Assembly: GCA_965223545.1 (NCBI GenBank)
Contig: OZ245006.1
Span: 7,008,001 to 7,072,000 of the forward strand
Origin: Planctomycetota bacterium
GTDB taxonomy: Bacteria; Planctomycetota; UBA1135; UBA2386
Direction of reading: 5' to 3'
Length of the DNA: 64,000 bases
A program made the translations under genes and the position numbers. Below are positions 39,332 through 49,502 of the stretch, piece by piece (position 1 is the stretch's first letter; the number at the start of each line of letters is the position of its first letter). The notes under the pieces were generated by a model. That model made no database searches. It was not told the DNA's origin and was given only the letters and a program-made list of their open reading frames with translations.

Positions 39332-39953
39332 GAAGCAGCACGGTTGGCGCCGCCATCGGCTGTGCTGGGCAGTGGTGGCGACAGTCCTCTTCGGCACGCC
39401 GGCAGCCAGCGCGCAGGCGCGGCTGAAGGTCGACGAGGCTCTGAAGCTGGCCTTTCCCGACGCTGAGGTGCGGCGGACGAGCGTGGTGCTCGACGACCGC
39501 CAGCGCGCCGCCGTGCGCGAGGCCGCCGGCACCGCGTTGCGCAGCAAGCTCGTGTTCCCCTACGTCGCCGAACGCGAGGGACGCCTCGTCGGCACCGCTT
39601 ACTTCGACGCGCACCGCGTGCGCACCAAGCGCGAGGTGCTGATGGTCGTCGTGACCCCGGCGCACACCATCGCGCGCATCGAAGTGGTCGCGTTTGCCGA
39701 GCCCGCCGAGTACTTGCCCGCCAAACCGTTCTACAGCCAGTTCGTCGGCGCCAAGCTGGGGCCGGAGCTCAGCCTCAAGCGCGGGATTCGCGGCGTGGCG
39801 GGCGCGACGCTGACCAGTCGGGCGACGCTGGAGGCAGCGCGCCGGGTGCTGGCGCTGCACCGCGTGTTGGCCGGCGAACCGCCGGAGCCGGGGGGCGGCG
39901 AGGGCGGCCCCGACCGCAGCCGTCCCGAGAGCGGGGGGAAGGCGCAGCGGTGA
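39321..39953 (+). CDS. FMN-binding (flavinylation substrate) protein
   Basis: Signal-like N-terminus; AFPDA, FAEP.EY and GVAGATLTS. Confidence 0.8.
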   Translation: MRSEKQHGWRRHRLCWAVVATVLFGTPAASAQARLKVDEALKLAFPDAEVRRTSVVLDDRQRAAVREAAGTALRSKLVFPYVAEREGRLVGTAYFDAHRVRTKREVLMVVVTPAHTIARIEVVAFAEPAEYLPAKPFYSQFVGAKLGPELSLKRGIRGVAGATLTSRATLEAARRVLALHRVLAGEPPEPGGGEGGPDRSRPESGGKAQR

Positions 39954-40531
39954 CGCGCGCTTGGGCGCTGTGCACGCACGCGGCCGTTGTCGCGGTCGGT
40001 GGCACCGGCCTGGTCTACGCGTGGATGCGCTATCTGTGCGCGCCCGCCGACGAGTTCGCGCTGACCAACCACCCCGCCGAGCCCGCATGGCAGGCGGCGC
40101 ACCTTTTGTCGGCGCCGCTCTTGCTGCTGCTGTTGGGTTGGCTCGGGGCCGTGCACGTCGCGCCGCGGCTGCGGTCGGTGGGCGGGCCGCGGCGGGGCAC
40201 CGGCTGGCTCCTCGTGGTCTTGGCCCCGCTGATGGTGTTCAGCGGCTACGGACTGCAGGTCGCGGTCGGCGAAGCACTGCGCGTCTTCTGCGTCTGGCTG
40301 CACGCGATCTCGAGCGGGCTCTGGTTGCTCGTCTATGGCCTGCACCTGACCGGCGGACGGCTGCCGGAGAGCGATCTCGAGGATTGGTCGCCGTCACTCG
40401 TGGCGCAGGGCCTCGACGGGATCCATGCTGGCGGCGCGCCAAGCGGGGTAGATGCCGAACACGACGCCGACGATGGCGGAGATGCTGAACGCCATCACCG
40501 GGTGCTGGATCAAGACGAGCGTGCGCAGTGA
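39950..40531 (+). CDS. His-rich 4-TM protein (cytochrome-b/DUF4405-like)
   Basis: Four hydrophobic segments carrying His residues; 3' end overlaps the convergent permease gene. Confidence 0.6.
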   Translation: MTRAWALCTHAAVVAVGGTGLVYAWMRYLCAPADEFALTNHPAEPAWQAAHLLSAPLLLLLLGWLGAVHVAPRLRSVGGPRRGTGWLLVVLAPLMVFSGYGLQVAVGEALRVFCVWLHAISSGLWLLVYGLHLTGGRLPESDLEDWSPSLVAQGLDGIHAGGAPSGVDAEHDADDGGDAERHHRVLDQDERAQ

Positions 40532-41653
40532 CGCGAAGTGCTCGACCGCGAACGGAATCGCCAAGCCCAGCGCGACACCGAGCAGGCCACCACAGCAGCT
40601 CAGCACCATGGTCTCGACCAAGAACTGCGAGACGATGTGCTTCTTCTTCGCGCCGAGTGCGCGCCGGATCCCGATCTCGCGCGTGCGTTCGGTCACCGTC
40701 GCCAGCATGACGTTCATGATGCCGATGCCGCCGACCAGCAGAGAGATGCCGGCGATCGAGGCCAGCACGATGCTCCAGATGCGCTGCTGCTCCTCGGCCT
40801 GGCGCAGCAGCTCGAGCGGCACCTTGTCGACCCAGTCCTTCTCGCGGTGCGATGCGTCGAGCAGGCCGCGCACGACGCGCGCGGTGTCCAGCACCTGGTC
40901 GGGGTGGCGGACGCGCACCACGATCTCGGCGAGCTCGACGTGCTTGATCTCGAAGGAACCGCCCGAACGGCGCACGTTGCGGTCGCCGAACCTGCTGCGC
41001 GACGTGGTCAGCGGCACGTAGACCGCTTCGTCCAGCGATGGCCCGAAGCCGCCGCTGACCCGGCCGAGGTAGTCCAGCACACCGACCACGGTGAAGCGCT
41101 CGCCCTCCGCGCTGATCGTCCTGCCCAACGGATCGACCAGCGGAAAGTGTCGCTGCGCGGCGATCGAACCCATCACCGCGATGTTGCTCTGGGTGGTCAG
41201 GTCGAGCGTCGAGAGCCACCGGCCGCGCTCGAGGTCGAGGCCGATGACGTCGTGGAACTCGGGCGTCGTGCCGATGACGATCCCCGGCGCAGGCTTGGTG
41301 ACGCCCGTGAGGTTCTTGGTGGTCTCGCGCACCGGCACCACCAGCTCGACCGCCGGCAGGGTGGCCGCGATCTGCGCGGCGTCGTTGTAGGTGAGCCCGA
41401 ACCGGCGTGCCTCCCACACGCTGGCGTTGTTGACCTCCGCCGGCGGCTCGACGGTGCGCACCAGGATGTTGTTCGAGCCCAGCGCCTTGATCTGCTCCTG
41501 CGCCTCGTAGCTGCCACCCTCGCCGATCGCCAGCATCGCGACCACCGAGGAGACGCCGAACAGCATGCCGAGCGTGGTCAGCGCCGCTCTCAGCTTGTGC
41601 AGCAGCAGACTCTTGATGCCGAACTGCACCATGCGCATCGATTCGCGCAGCAT
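40394..41653 (-). CDS. MacB-like ABC transporter permease
   Basis: LLVGGIGIMNVMLATVTERTREIGIRRALGA and YPAWRAASMDPVEALRHE. Confidence 0.93.
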   Translation of the reverse strand: MLRESMRMVQFGIKSLLLHKLRAALTTLGMLFGVSSVVAMLAIGEGGSYEAQEQIKALGSNNILVRTVEPPAEVNNASVWEARRFGLTYNDAAQIAATLPAVELVVPVRETTKNLTGVTKPAPGIVIGTTPEFHDVIGLDLERGRWLSTLDLTTQSNIAVMGSIAAQRHFPLVDPLGRTISAEGERFTVVGVLDYLGRVSGGFGPSLDEAVYVPLTTSRSRFGDRNVRRSGGSFEIKHVELAEIVVRVRHPDQVLDTARVVRGLLDASHREKDWVDKVPLELLRQAEEQQRIWSIVLASIAGISLLVGGIGIMNVMLATVTERTREIGIRRALGAKKKHIVSQFLVETMVLSCCGGLLGVALGLAIPFAVEHFASLRTLVLIQHPVMAFSISAIVGVVFGIYPAWRAASMDPVEALRHE

Positions 41654-42405
41654 CAGTGGTTTTCCTCGATGCGCTCGATCACGCCGTCCCGCAGCCAGAC
41701 CGTGCGCTCGGCGCGCTCGGCGACCTTGGGGTTGTGGGTGACCATCACGATCGTCACGCCCTCGTCCTGCAGCTCTGCGAGCAGTTGCAGAATCTCCTCT
41801 TCGGTGCGGCTGTCGAGATTGCCCGTGGCCTCGTCCGCCAACAAGAACAACGGGTCGTTCATCAGCGCCCGCGCGATCGCGACGCGTTGCTGCTGGCCGC
41901 CGGACAGCTCGCTCGGCCGGTGGTCCAGCCGTCCCTCCAGGCCGACGCGCGCTGCCAGCCGCTCGGCCTTGGCGCGCGACTCGGCGCCGATGCGGTCCTG
42001 GTAGAACAGCGGCACTTCGAGATTCTCGAGGACCGTGAGCTGCGGGATCAGATTGAACGACTGGAAGATGAAGCCGATCTGGGTGCCGCGTACCTCGGAC
42101 AGCCGGTCGTCGTCCAGCTCGGCGGTGTTGTGTCCGCCGAGCAGGTAGCGGCCGCCGGTGGGCCGGTCGAGGCAGCCGAGGATATTGAGCATGGTGCTCT
42201 TGCCCGAGCCGCTGCGCCCCATGATCGCCAGGTACTCGCCGCGGCAGATGCGGAGGTCGACTCCGTCGAGGGCGCGGACGACGTTGTCGCCCATGCGATA
42301 GTGGCGTTCGAGACCGATCAGCTCGACGATCGGCGGCGCGCCGTCACCGGCCGGCGGCACGGTGGAGGCGCCGGCGGTGGACGGGTCAGCGGCGTTCGTC
42401 GGCAC
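41653..42405 (-). CDS. ABC transporter ATP-binding protein (start uncertain)
   Basis: GRSGSGKST, LSGGQQQRVAIARAL and ADEATGNLD. Confidence 0.93.
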   Translation of the reverse strand: MPTNAADPSTAGASTVPPAGDGAPPIVELIGLERHYRMGDNVVRALDGVDLRICRGEYLAIMGRSGSGKSTMLNILGCLDRPTGGRYLLGGHNTAELDDDRLSEVRGTQIGFIFQSFNLIPQLTVLENLEVPLFYQDRIGAESRAKAERLAARVGLEGRLDHRPSELSGGQQQRVAIARALMNDPLFLLADEATGNLDSRTEEEILQLLAELQDEGVTIVMVTHNPKVAERAERTVWLRDGVIERIEENH

Positions 42406-44230
42406 CCTGCCCTCCGCGCGTGCGCTCGCCGTCGCCGCCGCGACGCCGCCCACCGAACCGGGCGCGCATTTCCTCGATCATCGCGTCGTAGGCCTCGCTG
42501 AGCTCGGGGTCCTGCTCGCGCGCAGTGGCGAACTCGTCCGACCGCCGCAGCGCGAACGGGCTCTCCTCGGCTTGCTTGGCCAGGTCGGGATACTTGCGCG
42601 CCAGCAGCTCTTGGAATGCGTCCGTCGCCGGGCCGCTCGGCATACCCCGACCGCCGCGCCGTTCGCCGCCGTCGGCCGACGACTCGACCGGCCGTCCGGC
42701 GAGCTCGGGACTGCCGTCGTCGACGGGCAGGCCGGCGCTGGGCGGCGGTTGTTCGAACTCGGGCTCGACCGCGCCCGGTGGCGGCGCCAGGTAGACCACG
42801 TCGTCCTCGTCGAGGCCGGCGACGATCTCGACGTAGGCGAGGTCGTGCAGACCGCGGTCGACGGGATGCGCGCGCGGTCCGGCGTCGGTGTGCAGCCACA
42901 CGTAGTTGACCCGCCCCTGCGTCTGCACGGCGTGGATCGGCACGAACAGCACGCCCTTCAGCTCGGCGACCAGGATCGTCACCGTCGCCGACATGCCGGG
43001 TTTGAGCAGGCGGTTGTCGCCATCGAGGTCGACCTGCGTCTTGTAGACCTTGAGGCTGTTGTTGCTCCAGCGCGAGCCCGAGTCCGCCACGGGGCTGACC
43101 CGGGTGACCTTGCCGCGGAACTCCAGCTGCTGGAACGCGTCGACCTTGATCTCGGCGCTCTGGTCGGGCTGAACCTTGTCGATGTCCGCCTCGTGCACCT
43201 TGAGCTGCGCCACCATCCGCGTCACGTCGGGGAGCTCGATCAGGGTCTGCCGCTCGCGCACGGTGGCGCCCTCCTCGACCACATCGCTCTGGCCGCGGCG
43301 GCCTTCTTCGGTGGCGTAGACCACCAGCCCCGCGGTCGGTGCGCGGATCACCGAGTTCTCGATCTGCTGGATCAGGTTCTGCAGGCGCTCGTACGCCAGC
43401 TCGTATTCCTTCTCCGAGGCGTCGAGGTCGGCCTCCGCCTGGGCGATGACCGCGTTGCCGCGGGCGATGACGCCCTCGAGCTCGGTCTTCGCCTCCATGA
43501 TCTGCTGATCGCGCTCGATGCGTACTTTGGGATGCTCGAACAGCTCCAGGATGTTGAGCTCGTTCTGCGCGACCCGCAGGTTCTTCTGCCGGCGCTGCAG
43601 CTCGATCTCGTCGCGCTCGAGGTCGTCCTTGGTGATGAAGCCGCGGTCGAACAGCTTGCGGCTCCACGCGAGCTTGTTCTCCGCCAGCTTGACCTCCGCG
43701 TTGGCCAGGTCGATGTCGGCGCGGGCCTCGATCAGGGCGGTTTCCTTCTCGCCCATGTCTCGGCTGCCGTCGGCATGCAATCGGCCGAGGAACTTCTCGA
43801 GCTCGATCTCCGCGATCCGCACCCGGTTCTCACCGCCGAGCTTGTCGGACTCGAACTCCTTGCGCCGGATCTCGAGCTCCTTGCGCGCCTGCAGCTGGTC
43901 GGCGTCGGCGCGGCTGACCTTGATCTCCTGCTCGGCGCGGCGCTCGAGTAGCTCGCTGGCGTCGAGCTCGACCAGCTTGTCGCCTTGCTGGACGAGCGAG
44001 CCCTCTTCGACCAAGAAGATGATGGTCGACTGTCCCTCCATCTCGCTCTTGATCCGCGTGCTCACCGCTGGCCGAATCTCCGCTTGCTCGGTCACCGAGA
44101 TGCTGAGGTCGCCCCGCGTGACGCGGTACAGGTCGGCGCGGTCGCCGGCCTCTTCACTCGACGCACAGCCGAACGCCAGGACCGCGCTCCCGAGCAGGAG
44201 GGGAAGGGGGTCGCGAGAAGGCCGTTTCAT
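42386..44230 (-). CDS. Efflux periplasmic adaptor (MFP) with long coiled coil
   Basis: Lipobox FGC; VEEGSLVQQGDKLVELD, IRAPTAG and LKPGMSA. Confidence 0.88.
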   Translation of the reverse strand: MKRPSRDPLPLLLGSAVLAFGCASSEEAGDRADLYRVTRGDLSISVTEQAEIRPAVSTRIKSEMEGQSTIIFLVEEGSLVQQGDKLVELDASELLERRAEQEIKVSRADADQLQARKELEIRRKEFESDKLGGENRVRIAEIELEKFLGRLHADGSRDMGEKETALIEARADIDLANAEVKLAENKLAWSRKLFDRGFITKDDLERDEIELQRRQKNLRVAQNELNILELFEHPKVRIERDQQIMEAKTELEGVIARGNAVIAQAEADLDASEKEYELAYERLQNLIQQIENSVIRAPTAGLVVYATEEGRRGQSDVVEEGATVRERQTLIELPDVTRMVAQLKVHEADIDKVQPDQSAEIKVDAFQQLEFRGKVTRVSPVADSGSRWSNNSLKVYKTQVDLDGDNRLLKPGMSATVTILVAELKGVLFVPIHAVQTQGRVNYVWLHTDAGPRAHPVDRGLHDLAYVEIVAGLDEDDVVYLAPPPGAVEPEFEQPPPSAGLPVDDGSPELAGRPVESSADGGERRGGRGMPSGPATDAFQELLARKYPDLAKQAEESPFALRRSDEFATAREQDPELSEAYDAMIEEMRARFGGRRRGGDGERTRGGQGADERR

Positions 44231-44260
44231 GGCGGTTCCAGGGGCAATGGGGGGGCAGCT

Positions 44261-45931
44261 TCAGGGGGCCGGTTCCGGCGCCTCCGCGGCCGAGGTCTCG
44301 GTGCCGCGGTAGGGTGCCAACGGTCCCCGCGGAAGCGGAAGAGATGGATCGTAACGCAAGCCGCTGGGCTCCAGGGCCAGGCCCTCGAGATCCCGCAGCA
44401 GCTCCAGCCGGGCAATTGCGTAATCGACGATCGCACCGGTGAGATTGAGCTTGGATGCCAACAGCTCCTCCTGCGCGTCGAGCAGCGCCAGGGTGTCGCC
44501 GCGGCCAGCCTGTAGGAACAGCTCGGCGCGCTCGAGCCGGGTTTCGGCCACCTCGAGCGCGGCGCGCTGGATGCGGTGGCTGTTGATGGTGCGCTCCACC
44601 GAGCGCAACGCGTCGCGGATCTCGGCGACGATCTCGTCCTCGGCCTGCTCGCGGCCGCGCATGGCGGCGTCGAGGCCGATCAGGGCCGAGCGGTAGGCGT
44701 TGCGCTCCGGCAGGCGGTCGAGGGCGAGGTCGAGGTCGAAGCCGACCGCCCAGCCGATGTTCTCCCAATCGAAGGAGAACGGCTTGCTCGGCTCGGTCGG
44801 CACGTCGATCACGGCTGAGAAATCCAGGATCGTGCGCAGCGCGTCCTCGGCGACCAACACGCGGCGGCCGGCGTCCTCGACTTCGTCGACGGACACGCGG
44901 TAGTCGAGCCGCCGGGCCAGCGCCAGCTGCGCAGCCCGCTCGGGCGCGAGCTCGACCGCGATCACCGGCATGTCGCGCAGCGTCTCCAGCTCGGCGGCGT
45001 CGAGCCCGAGCTCGACCGTCACCGGCAGCCCGAGCGTCAGCTTGAAGCGGTCGAGGGTGGACTGCAGCCGCGTCTGCGCGCTGTTGAGGCGGTCCTCGGC
45101 GTCGAACTCCTGGCTGCGCGCGCGGTCGAGGTCGATGCCGGCGAGCTGACCGGCCTCGACCAGGGCCTCGACGCGCTCGCGGTTCTTGCGCGTTCCGTCG
45201 AGGTTGGCGGTCTCGCTGGCCAGGTCGTCGATGTCCTGCAGCACGCGGTAGTAGTCGGCGACGATGCGCACCGAGAACGTGGCGCGGAAGCGCTCGAAGT
45301 CGCGCATCGAGTAGATCACGTCGCGCTCGGCCTGCGTCAGCGGCTCGCGCGCGATGCGGCGGCCGGAGCTGCGCATCAGCGGCTGGGTGATCGCCAGGCT
45401 CAGCAGCGAGGTGCCGTTGAAGCTGCCGCCGCTGACGAGGTTCTTGAGAAACGTGTTGACGAAGCTGGCGACGACGCGGCCGCCGGCTTCGGTGTTCTTC
45501 GAGGCGGTCAGGTCGTTGCGCAGGCCGAACACCGCGCTGTCGTCGCCGACCCCGCTGACCTCGGGGGCGCTGCTGAAGCCGAAACGCACGGCGAAGTCGT
45601 GCTGTTCGCGCGTCAGCGCGAGTGCCGCCAGGTAGAGCGACTCCTTCTGCCGCTGGAAATCCCGGCTGTTCTCGGCGGCGACGTCGAGGGCCTCGGGCAG
45701 GCTGAGCTGCACCGGGGTCGGGGACGCGATGAGCCGCTGCCGCAGGGTGTCGCTGGCGCGTTCGACCTGCATGCCGAGCGGCCGGCCGGTGACGTGCTCG
45801 GCGGCGACGTCCAGGATGTCGTAGACCTGGGCGTCGGCGTCGTCGCGGTAGTCCGCCGCCGAGCACGCGCCGAGTGCCAGCAGGACGGGGACGGAGAGGG
45901 GGCGTGCGCACAACGCCGGGGACGACGACAT
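44261..45931 (-). CDS. TolC-family outer-membrane lipoprotein
   Basis: LGAC lipobox; LSLPEAL..AAENS, ITQPL and LLDAQEELL. Confidence 0.85.
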   Translation of the reverse strand: MSSSPALCARPLSVPVLLALGACSAADYRDDADAQVYDILDVAAEHVTGRPLGMQVERASDTLRQRLIASPTPVQLSLPEALDVAAENSRDFQRQKESLYLAALALTREQHDFAVRFGFSSAPEVSGVGDDSAVFGLRNDLTASKNTEAGGRVVASFVNTFLKNLVSGGSFNGTSLLSLAITQPLMRSSGRRIAREPLTQAERDVIYSMRDFERFRATFSVRIVADYYRVLQDIDDLASETANLDGTRKNRERVEALVEAGQLAGIDLDRARSQEFDAEDRLNSAQTRLQSTLDRFKLTLGLPVTVELGLDAAELETLRDMPVIAVELAPERAAQLALARRLDYRVSVDEVEDAGRRVLVAEDALRTILDFSAVIDVPTEPSKPFSFDWENIGWAVGFDLDLALDRLPERNAYRSALIGLDAAMRGREQAEDEIVAEIRDALRSVERTINSHRIQRAALEVAETRLERAELFLQAGRGDTLALLDAQEELLASKLNLTGAIVDYAIARLELLRDLEGLALEPSGLRYDPSLPLPRGPLAPYRGTETSAAEAPEPAP

Positions 45932-46043
45932 CGTGGAGGATCTCTACGGCAAAGGGTCCGCCCCGCGCGAGCAGTTTTTGCAGGCAACCCGGGCGCGTGA
46001 CTCAGTAAGCTCGTCCGTTCTGGCGGTTTGTCACACGGGGGTA

Positions 46044-46694
46044 ATGACTGCGGTCCTGATCACGGCCGGTCCGACCCGGGAGCACCTGGACGACGTTCGA
46101 TTCCTGAGCAACGCGAGCAGCGGGCGGATGGGGTACGCCCTCGCCGCCGCCGCGCAGCGGGCGGGACACGACGTCGTCTTGGTGTCGGGCCCGACCCACT
46201 TGCCGGCGCCGCGCGGCGTGCGCACCGAGCACGTCGTCTCGGCGCTCGAGATGCAGGCCGCGGTGCAGCGCTGTCTGGAGCAGGATGCGTTGGTGTTCGG
46301 CGTCGCCGCGGTCGTCGACGCGCGGCCGCGGCAGCGCTGGCCGGGCAAGCCGCCGAAGGACGCGGTCAAAGGCCCGATCGAGCTGGTGCCCAATCCGGAC
46401 ATCATCGCCGGAGTGGCGGACGCCGGCCGGGCGCGCGCGGTCGTCGGCTTCGCGCTGCAGGCCGAGGGCGACGGCGGCCTCGAGGCGGCGCTCGCCCGCG
46501 GGCGGCAGAAGATGCAACAAAAGCGTCTCGACGCCATCGCGGTCAACACCGCGGCGGCGCTCGGGGCGGACCGCAGCGAGGTCTGGGTGCTGCGCGCGGA
46601 CGGCGGCGAGGAGCGCCTGCCGCCGCAGAGCAAGGACCTGACTGCGGCGCGGCTCTGTGAGTTGGGGATCGAGATATGGCAAGCGAAGCGGTAG
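46044..46694 (+). CDS. coaB: Phosphopantothenate-cysteine ligase (stand-alone CoaB domain)
   Basis: LITAGPTREHLDDVRFLSNASSGRMG, NPDII and VGFA. Confidence 0.85.
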   Translation: MTAVLITAGPTREHLDDVRFLSNASSGRMGYALAAAAQRAGHDVVLVSGPTHLPAPRGVRTEHVVSALEMQAAVQRCLEQDALVFGVAAVVDARPRQRWPGKPPKDAVKGPIELVPNPDIIAGVADAGRARAVVGFALQAEGDGGLEAALARGRQKMQQKRLDAIAVNTAAALGADRSEVWVLRADGGEERLPPQSKDLTAARLCELGIEIWQAKR

Positions 46695-49372
46695 CCCGGC
46701 GCAATCGGCGCCACTTCGTCCCCGTCGACGAGGCACCCGGGCCGGGGCTGTCGAGCCGCGCGCGCGAGGTGGTGGCGCTGCTGGTCATCGGCGTTTGCCT
46801 GTACTTGGTGTTGTCGCTGTCCACGTTCGTGCTACCGGCGCCGATGGAGACCGCCGTCCCGCGCGGCGGTCTGCGCAACACCGGCGGCGTCGTGGGGCAC
46901 TACCTGGCCCACGGTCTGCTGTTCGTCTTCGGCTTCGCCGCCTACTTGCTCGTCGGCTTCGGCCTCCTCTACGGGATGCTGCTGATCTTGCAGCGGCCGC
47001 TGCGGTCGCCGCAGCTGAAAGCGCTCGGCGCAGTCGCGTTCACCGCGTTGGTCGCACTCTTGTTGGCCGGGCCGAGCGGCTTGGCGGGGCTCTGCGACGC
47101 CGCGCCCTACGGGGCCGGCGGCCGGCTCGGCGCCAACCTGTCACCCAAGTTGCAGGCCGCGTTCGGCGGGGCGGGTCGGTTGCTGTTGCTGATCTTCGGC
47201 GCGCTGGTGTCGCTCATGCTGGCGACCGAGTGGCTGCTGACCGGCATGGTGCGAGAGGGGGTCGGTGGCGTGGGCGCCGGCGTCGGGCAGCTGCGCGCGC
47301 GATTGGCGGAGCGGCGTGGCGAGGCCGATGTGGCGGTAGCTGAGGACGAGGAGGAGCACGAGGGCGAAGACGAAGACGAAGACGAAGAGGACGAGGAAGA
47401 CGAGGCTGACGAGGAGGACGAGGAAGACGAAGACGAGGAATACGAAGAGGACGAGGAAGAGGAGGAAGACGAGGAGTACGAGGACGAAGACGAAGAAGAC
47501 GAGGAAGACGAAGAGGAAGGCGAGGAGGAAGATGATCCCGGCGACGTCGAGGAAACCGGCGAGGACGCCGACGGCGTGCCGGAACCCGCTGCCGAGGCGC
47601 CGCCGCCGGCGAAGCCGGCGCGCCGCCGGGCGGAGACGGGGCGCGCAGCCGCGGCGCGCTCCGGCGCCGCGCCCGCCCGGCGGGCGGTCCCGGTGCGCAA
47701 GCCGCAGCCCCGCCGGCGCAAGGGCCCGGCGATGCTCCCCTTCGTCGACGCCGACTACCCGTTCCCGCCCCACGAGCTGTTCCGCGAGCCGGTCGAGGTC
47801 GACGACTCGGCGGCGCGGTCGGTGATCGAGCAGAATGCCCGCGCCATCGAGCGGCGGCTGGGGTCGTTCAAGATCGGCGCAGCGGTGGTGGGGGTCAGCC
47901 AGGGGCCGGCGGTGACCCAGTACGAGCTCCGCCTAGAGGAGGGCATCAAGGTCAGCCGCATCAACAGCTACGAGGCCGACTTGGCGGCGGCGCTGCGCGC
48001 GGTCTCGGTGCGCGTGGTGGCGCCGATCCCGGGCCGCGACACGATCGGCATCGAAGTGCCGAACGAGGAGCGGCAGATGGTGGTCATGCGCGAGCTGCTC
48101 GACCTGTTCGGCCGCGCCGAAGACCAGGCGATCCCGTTGTTCCTCGGCAAGGACGTCGCCGGCGAGCCCATCGTCGAGGACCTGGCCCGCATGCCCCACT
48201 TGCTGATCGCCGGCACCACCGGGTCGGGCAAGTCGGTGTGCATCAACGCCATTTTGCTGTCCGTTTTGATGACGCGCACGCCGCGGCAGGTGCGGCTGGT
48301 GCTGATCGACCCCAAGATGGTCGAGCTGCAGCACTTCAAGGCGGTGCCCCACCTCGCGTGCGAGGTGGTGACCAACATGAAGAAGGCGCCCGGCGTGCTC
48401 GAGTGGGCGGTCGAGGAGATGGAGAAGCGCTACGCGCTGTTCAGCAGCGTCGGCGTCAACCACATCCGCTCCTACAACAAGCTCGGCCAGGCCGAGCTCG
48501 AGCGCCGGCTGCAACGACCGGTGGAGCCGGCCGACGTCACCCTGCCCTACCAAGTGGTGGTCATCGACGAGCTGGCCGATCTGATGGCCGTCGCGCACAA
48601 GGAGGTCGAGGAGTCGATCCAGCGCCTGGCGCAGAAGTCGCGGGCGGTGGGGCTGCACGTGATCCTGGCGACCCAGCGGCCGTCGACCGACGTCATCACC
48701 GGCGTGATCAAGGCCAACCTGCCGTGCCAGATCGCGTTCAAGGTCAACCGGAAGATCGACTCGCGGGTGATTCTCGACAGCAACGGCGCCGAGAAGCTGC
48801 TCGGGCACGGCGACATGCTCTACGTGCCGCCCGGTGCCCACCGCGTGCTGCGCGCGCAGGGTGCGTTCGTTTCGGACGAGGAGATGCTGGCAGTCGTGGC
48901 CTACCTCGAGCAGCACGGGCCGCCGCCCGCCTTCATCCCCGACTTGGTGCAGAGCAAGACCGGCAGCAAGCGGGGGCCGCGCGACCGCGACGACCTGTAC
49001 GACAAGGCTGCCGAGGTGGTTCTCGGCCAGCAGCGCGGCTCGGCGACCCTGCTGCAGCGCGCGCTGTCGGTGGGCTACACCCGGGCGACGCGGCTGCTGG
49101 AGATGATGGAGGAGGACGGCATCGTCGGGCCGTTCGTCGGCTCCAAGTCGCGTGACGTGCTGTTGACCCTGGAGGAGTGGCAGGAGCGCGAGGCCGCCAT
49201 CGAAGCCGAGATGGACGAGATGGACGCCGAAGACCAGGCCGGCGGGGGCGAGTGGTCGGACGGGGCGGAGGCCGCGGCCGACGACGAGGGCCTGGACGAG
49301 GATCCGGGCGCGGGCGACGAGCCCCCGTGGGAGCCCGCGGACGCCGGCGAATCCGCGCCGCGCGCGCCGTAG
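46676..49372 (+). CDS. ftsK: DNA translocase FtsK with acidic linker
   Basis: 4TM N-domain; PHLLIAGTTGSGKS, IDELADLM, ATQRPS and GAEKLLGHGDML; gamma domain. Confidence 0.96.
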   Translation: MASEAVARRNRRHFVPVDEAPGPGLSSRAREVVALLVIGVCLYLVLSLSTFVLPAPMETAVPRGGLRNTGGVVGHYLAHGLLFVFGFAAYLLVGFGLLYGMLLILQRPLRSPQLKALGAVAFTALVALLLAGPSGLAGLCDAAPYGAGGRLGANLSPKLQAAFGGAGRLLLLIFGALVSLMLATEWLLTGMVREGVGGVGAGVGQLRARLAERRGEADVAVAEDEEEHEGEDEDEDEEDEEDEADEEDEEDEDEEYEEDEEEEEDEEYEDEDEEDEEDEEEGEEEDDPGDVEETGEDADGVPEPAAEAPPPAKPARRRAETGRAAAARSGAAPARRAVPVRKPQPRRRKGPAMLPFVDADYPFPPHELFREPVEVDDSAARSVIEQNARAIERRLGSFKIGAAVVGVSQGPAVTQYELRLEEGIKVSRINSYEADLAAALRAVSVRVVAPIPGRDTIGIEVPNEERQMVVMRELLDLFGRAEDQAIPLFLGKDVAGEPIVEDLARMPHLLIAGTTGSGKSVCINAILLSVLMTRTPRQVRLVLIDPKMVELQHFKAVPHLACEVVTNMKKAPGVLEWAVEEMEKRYALFSSVGVNHIRSYNKLGQAELERRLQRPVEPADVTLPYQVVVIDELADLMAVAHKEVEESIQRLAQKSRAVGLHVILATQRPSTDVITGVIKANLPCQIAFKVNRKIDSRVILDSNGAEKLLGHGDMLYVPPGAHRVLRAQGAFVSDEEMLAVVAYLEQHGPPPAFIPDLVQSKTGSKRGPRDRDDLYDKAAEVVLGQQRGSATLLQRALSVGYTRATRLLEMMEEDGIVGPFVGSKSRDVLLTLEEWQEREAAIEAEMDEMDAEDQAGGGEWSDGAEAAADDEGLDEDPGAGDEPPWEPADAGESAPRAP

Positions 49373-49502
49373 CCCGACCCGCTCCGCGCCGTGTCACTGT
49401 TGCGGTGGCGCGCACGCGCCGCTACACTGCGCCGGCCGGCGGTAGTCCGCGCACGGTCAGAACAGCCGCGGAGCCGCTCTGGCACCTGCCTGGGAGGGCA
49501 AC

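Noticed and set aside
36980..39547. 855-aa minus-strand ORF (likewise 2600-4675 and 9828-12107)
   Set aside because: Antisense shadows of well-supported genes.
40394..40531. 138-bp convergent overlap as a functional feature
   Set aside because: Most simply stop-codon drift in GC-rich DNA; the tail has no recognisable features.
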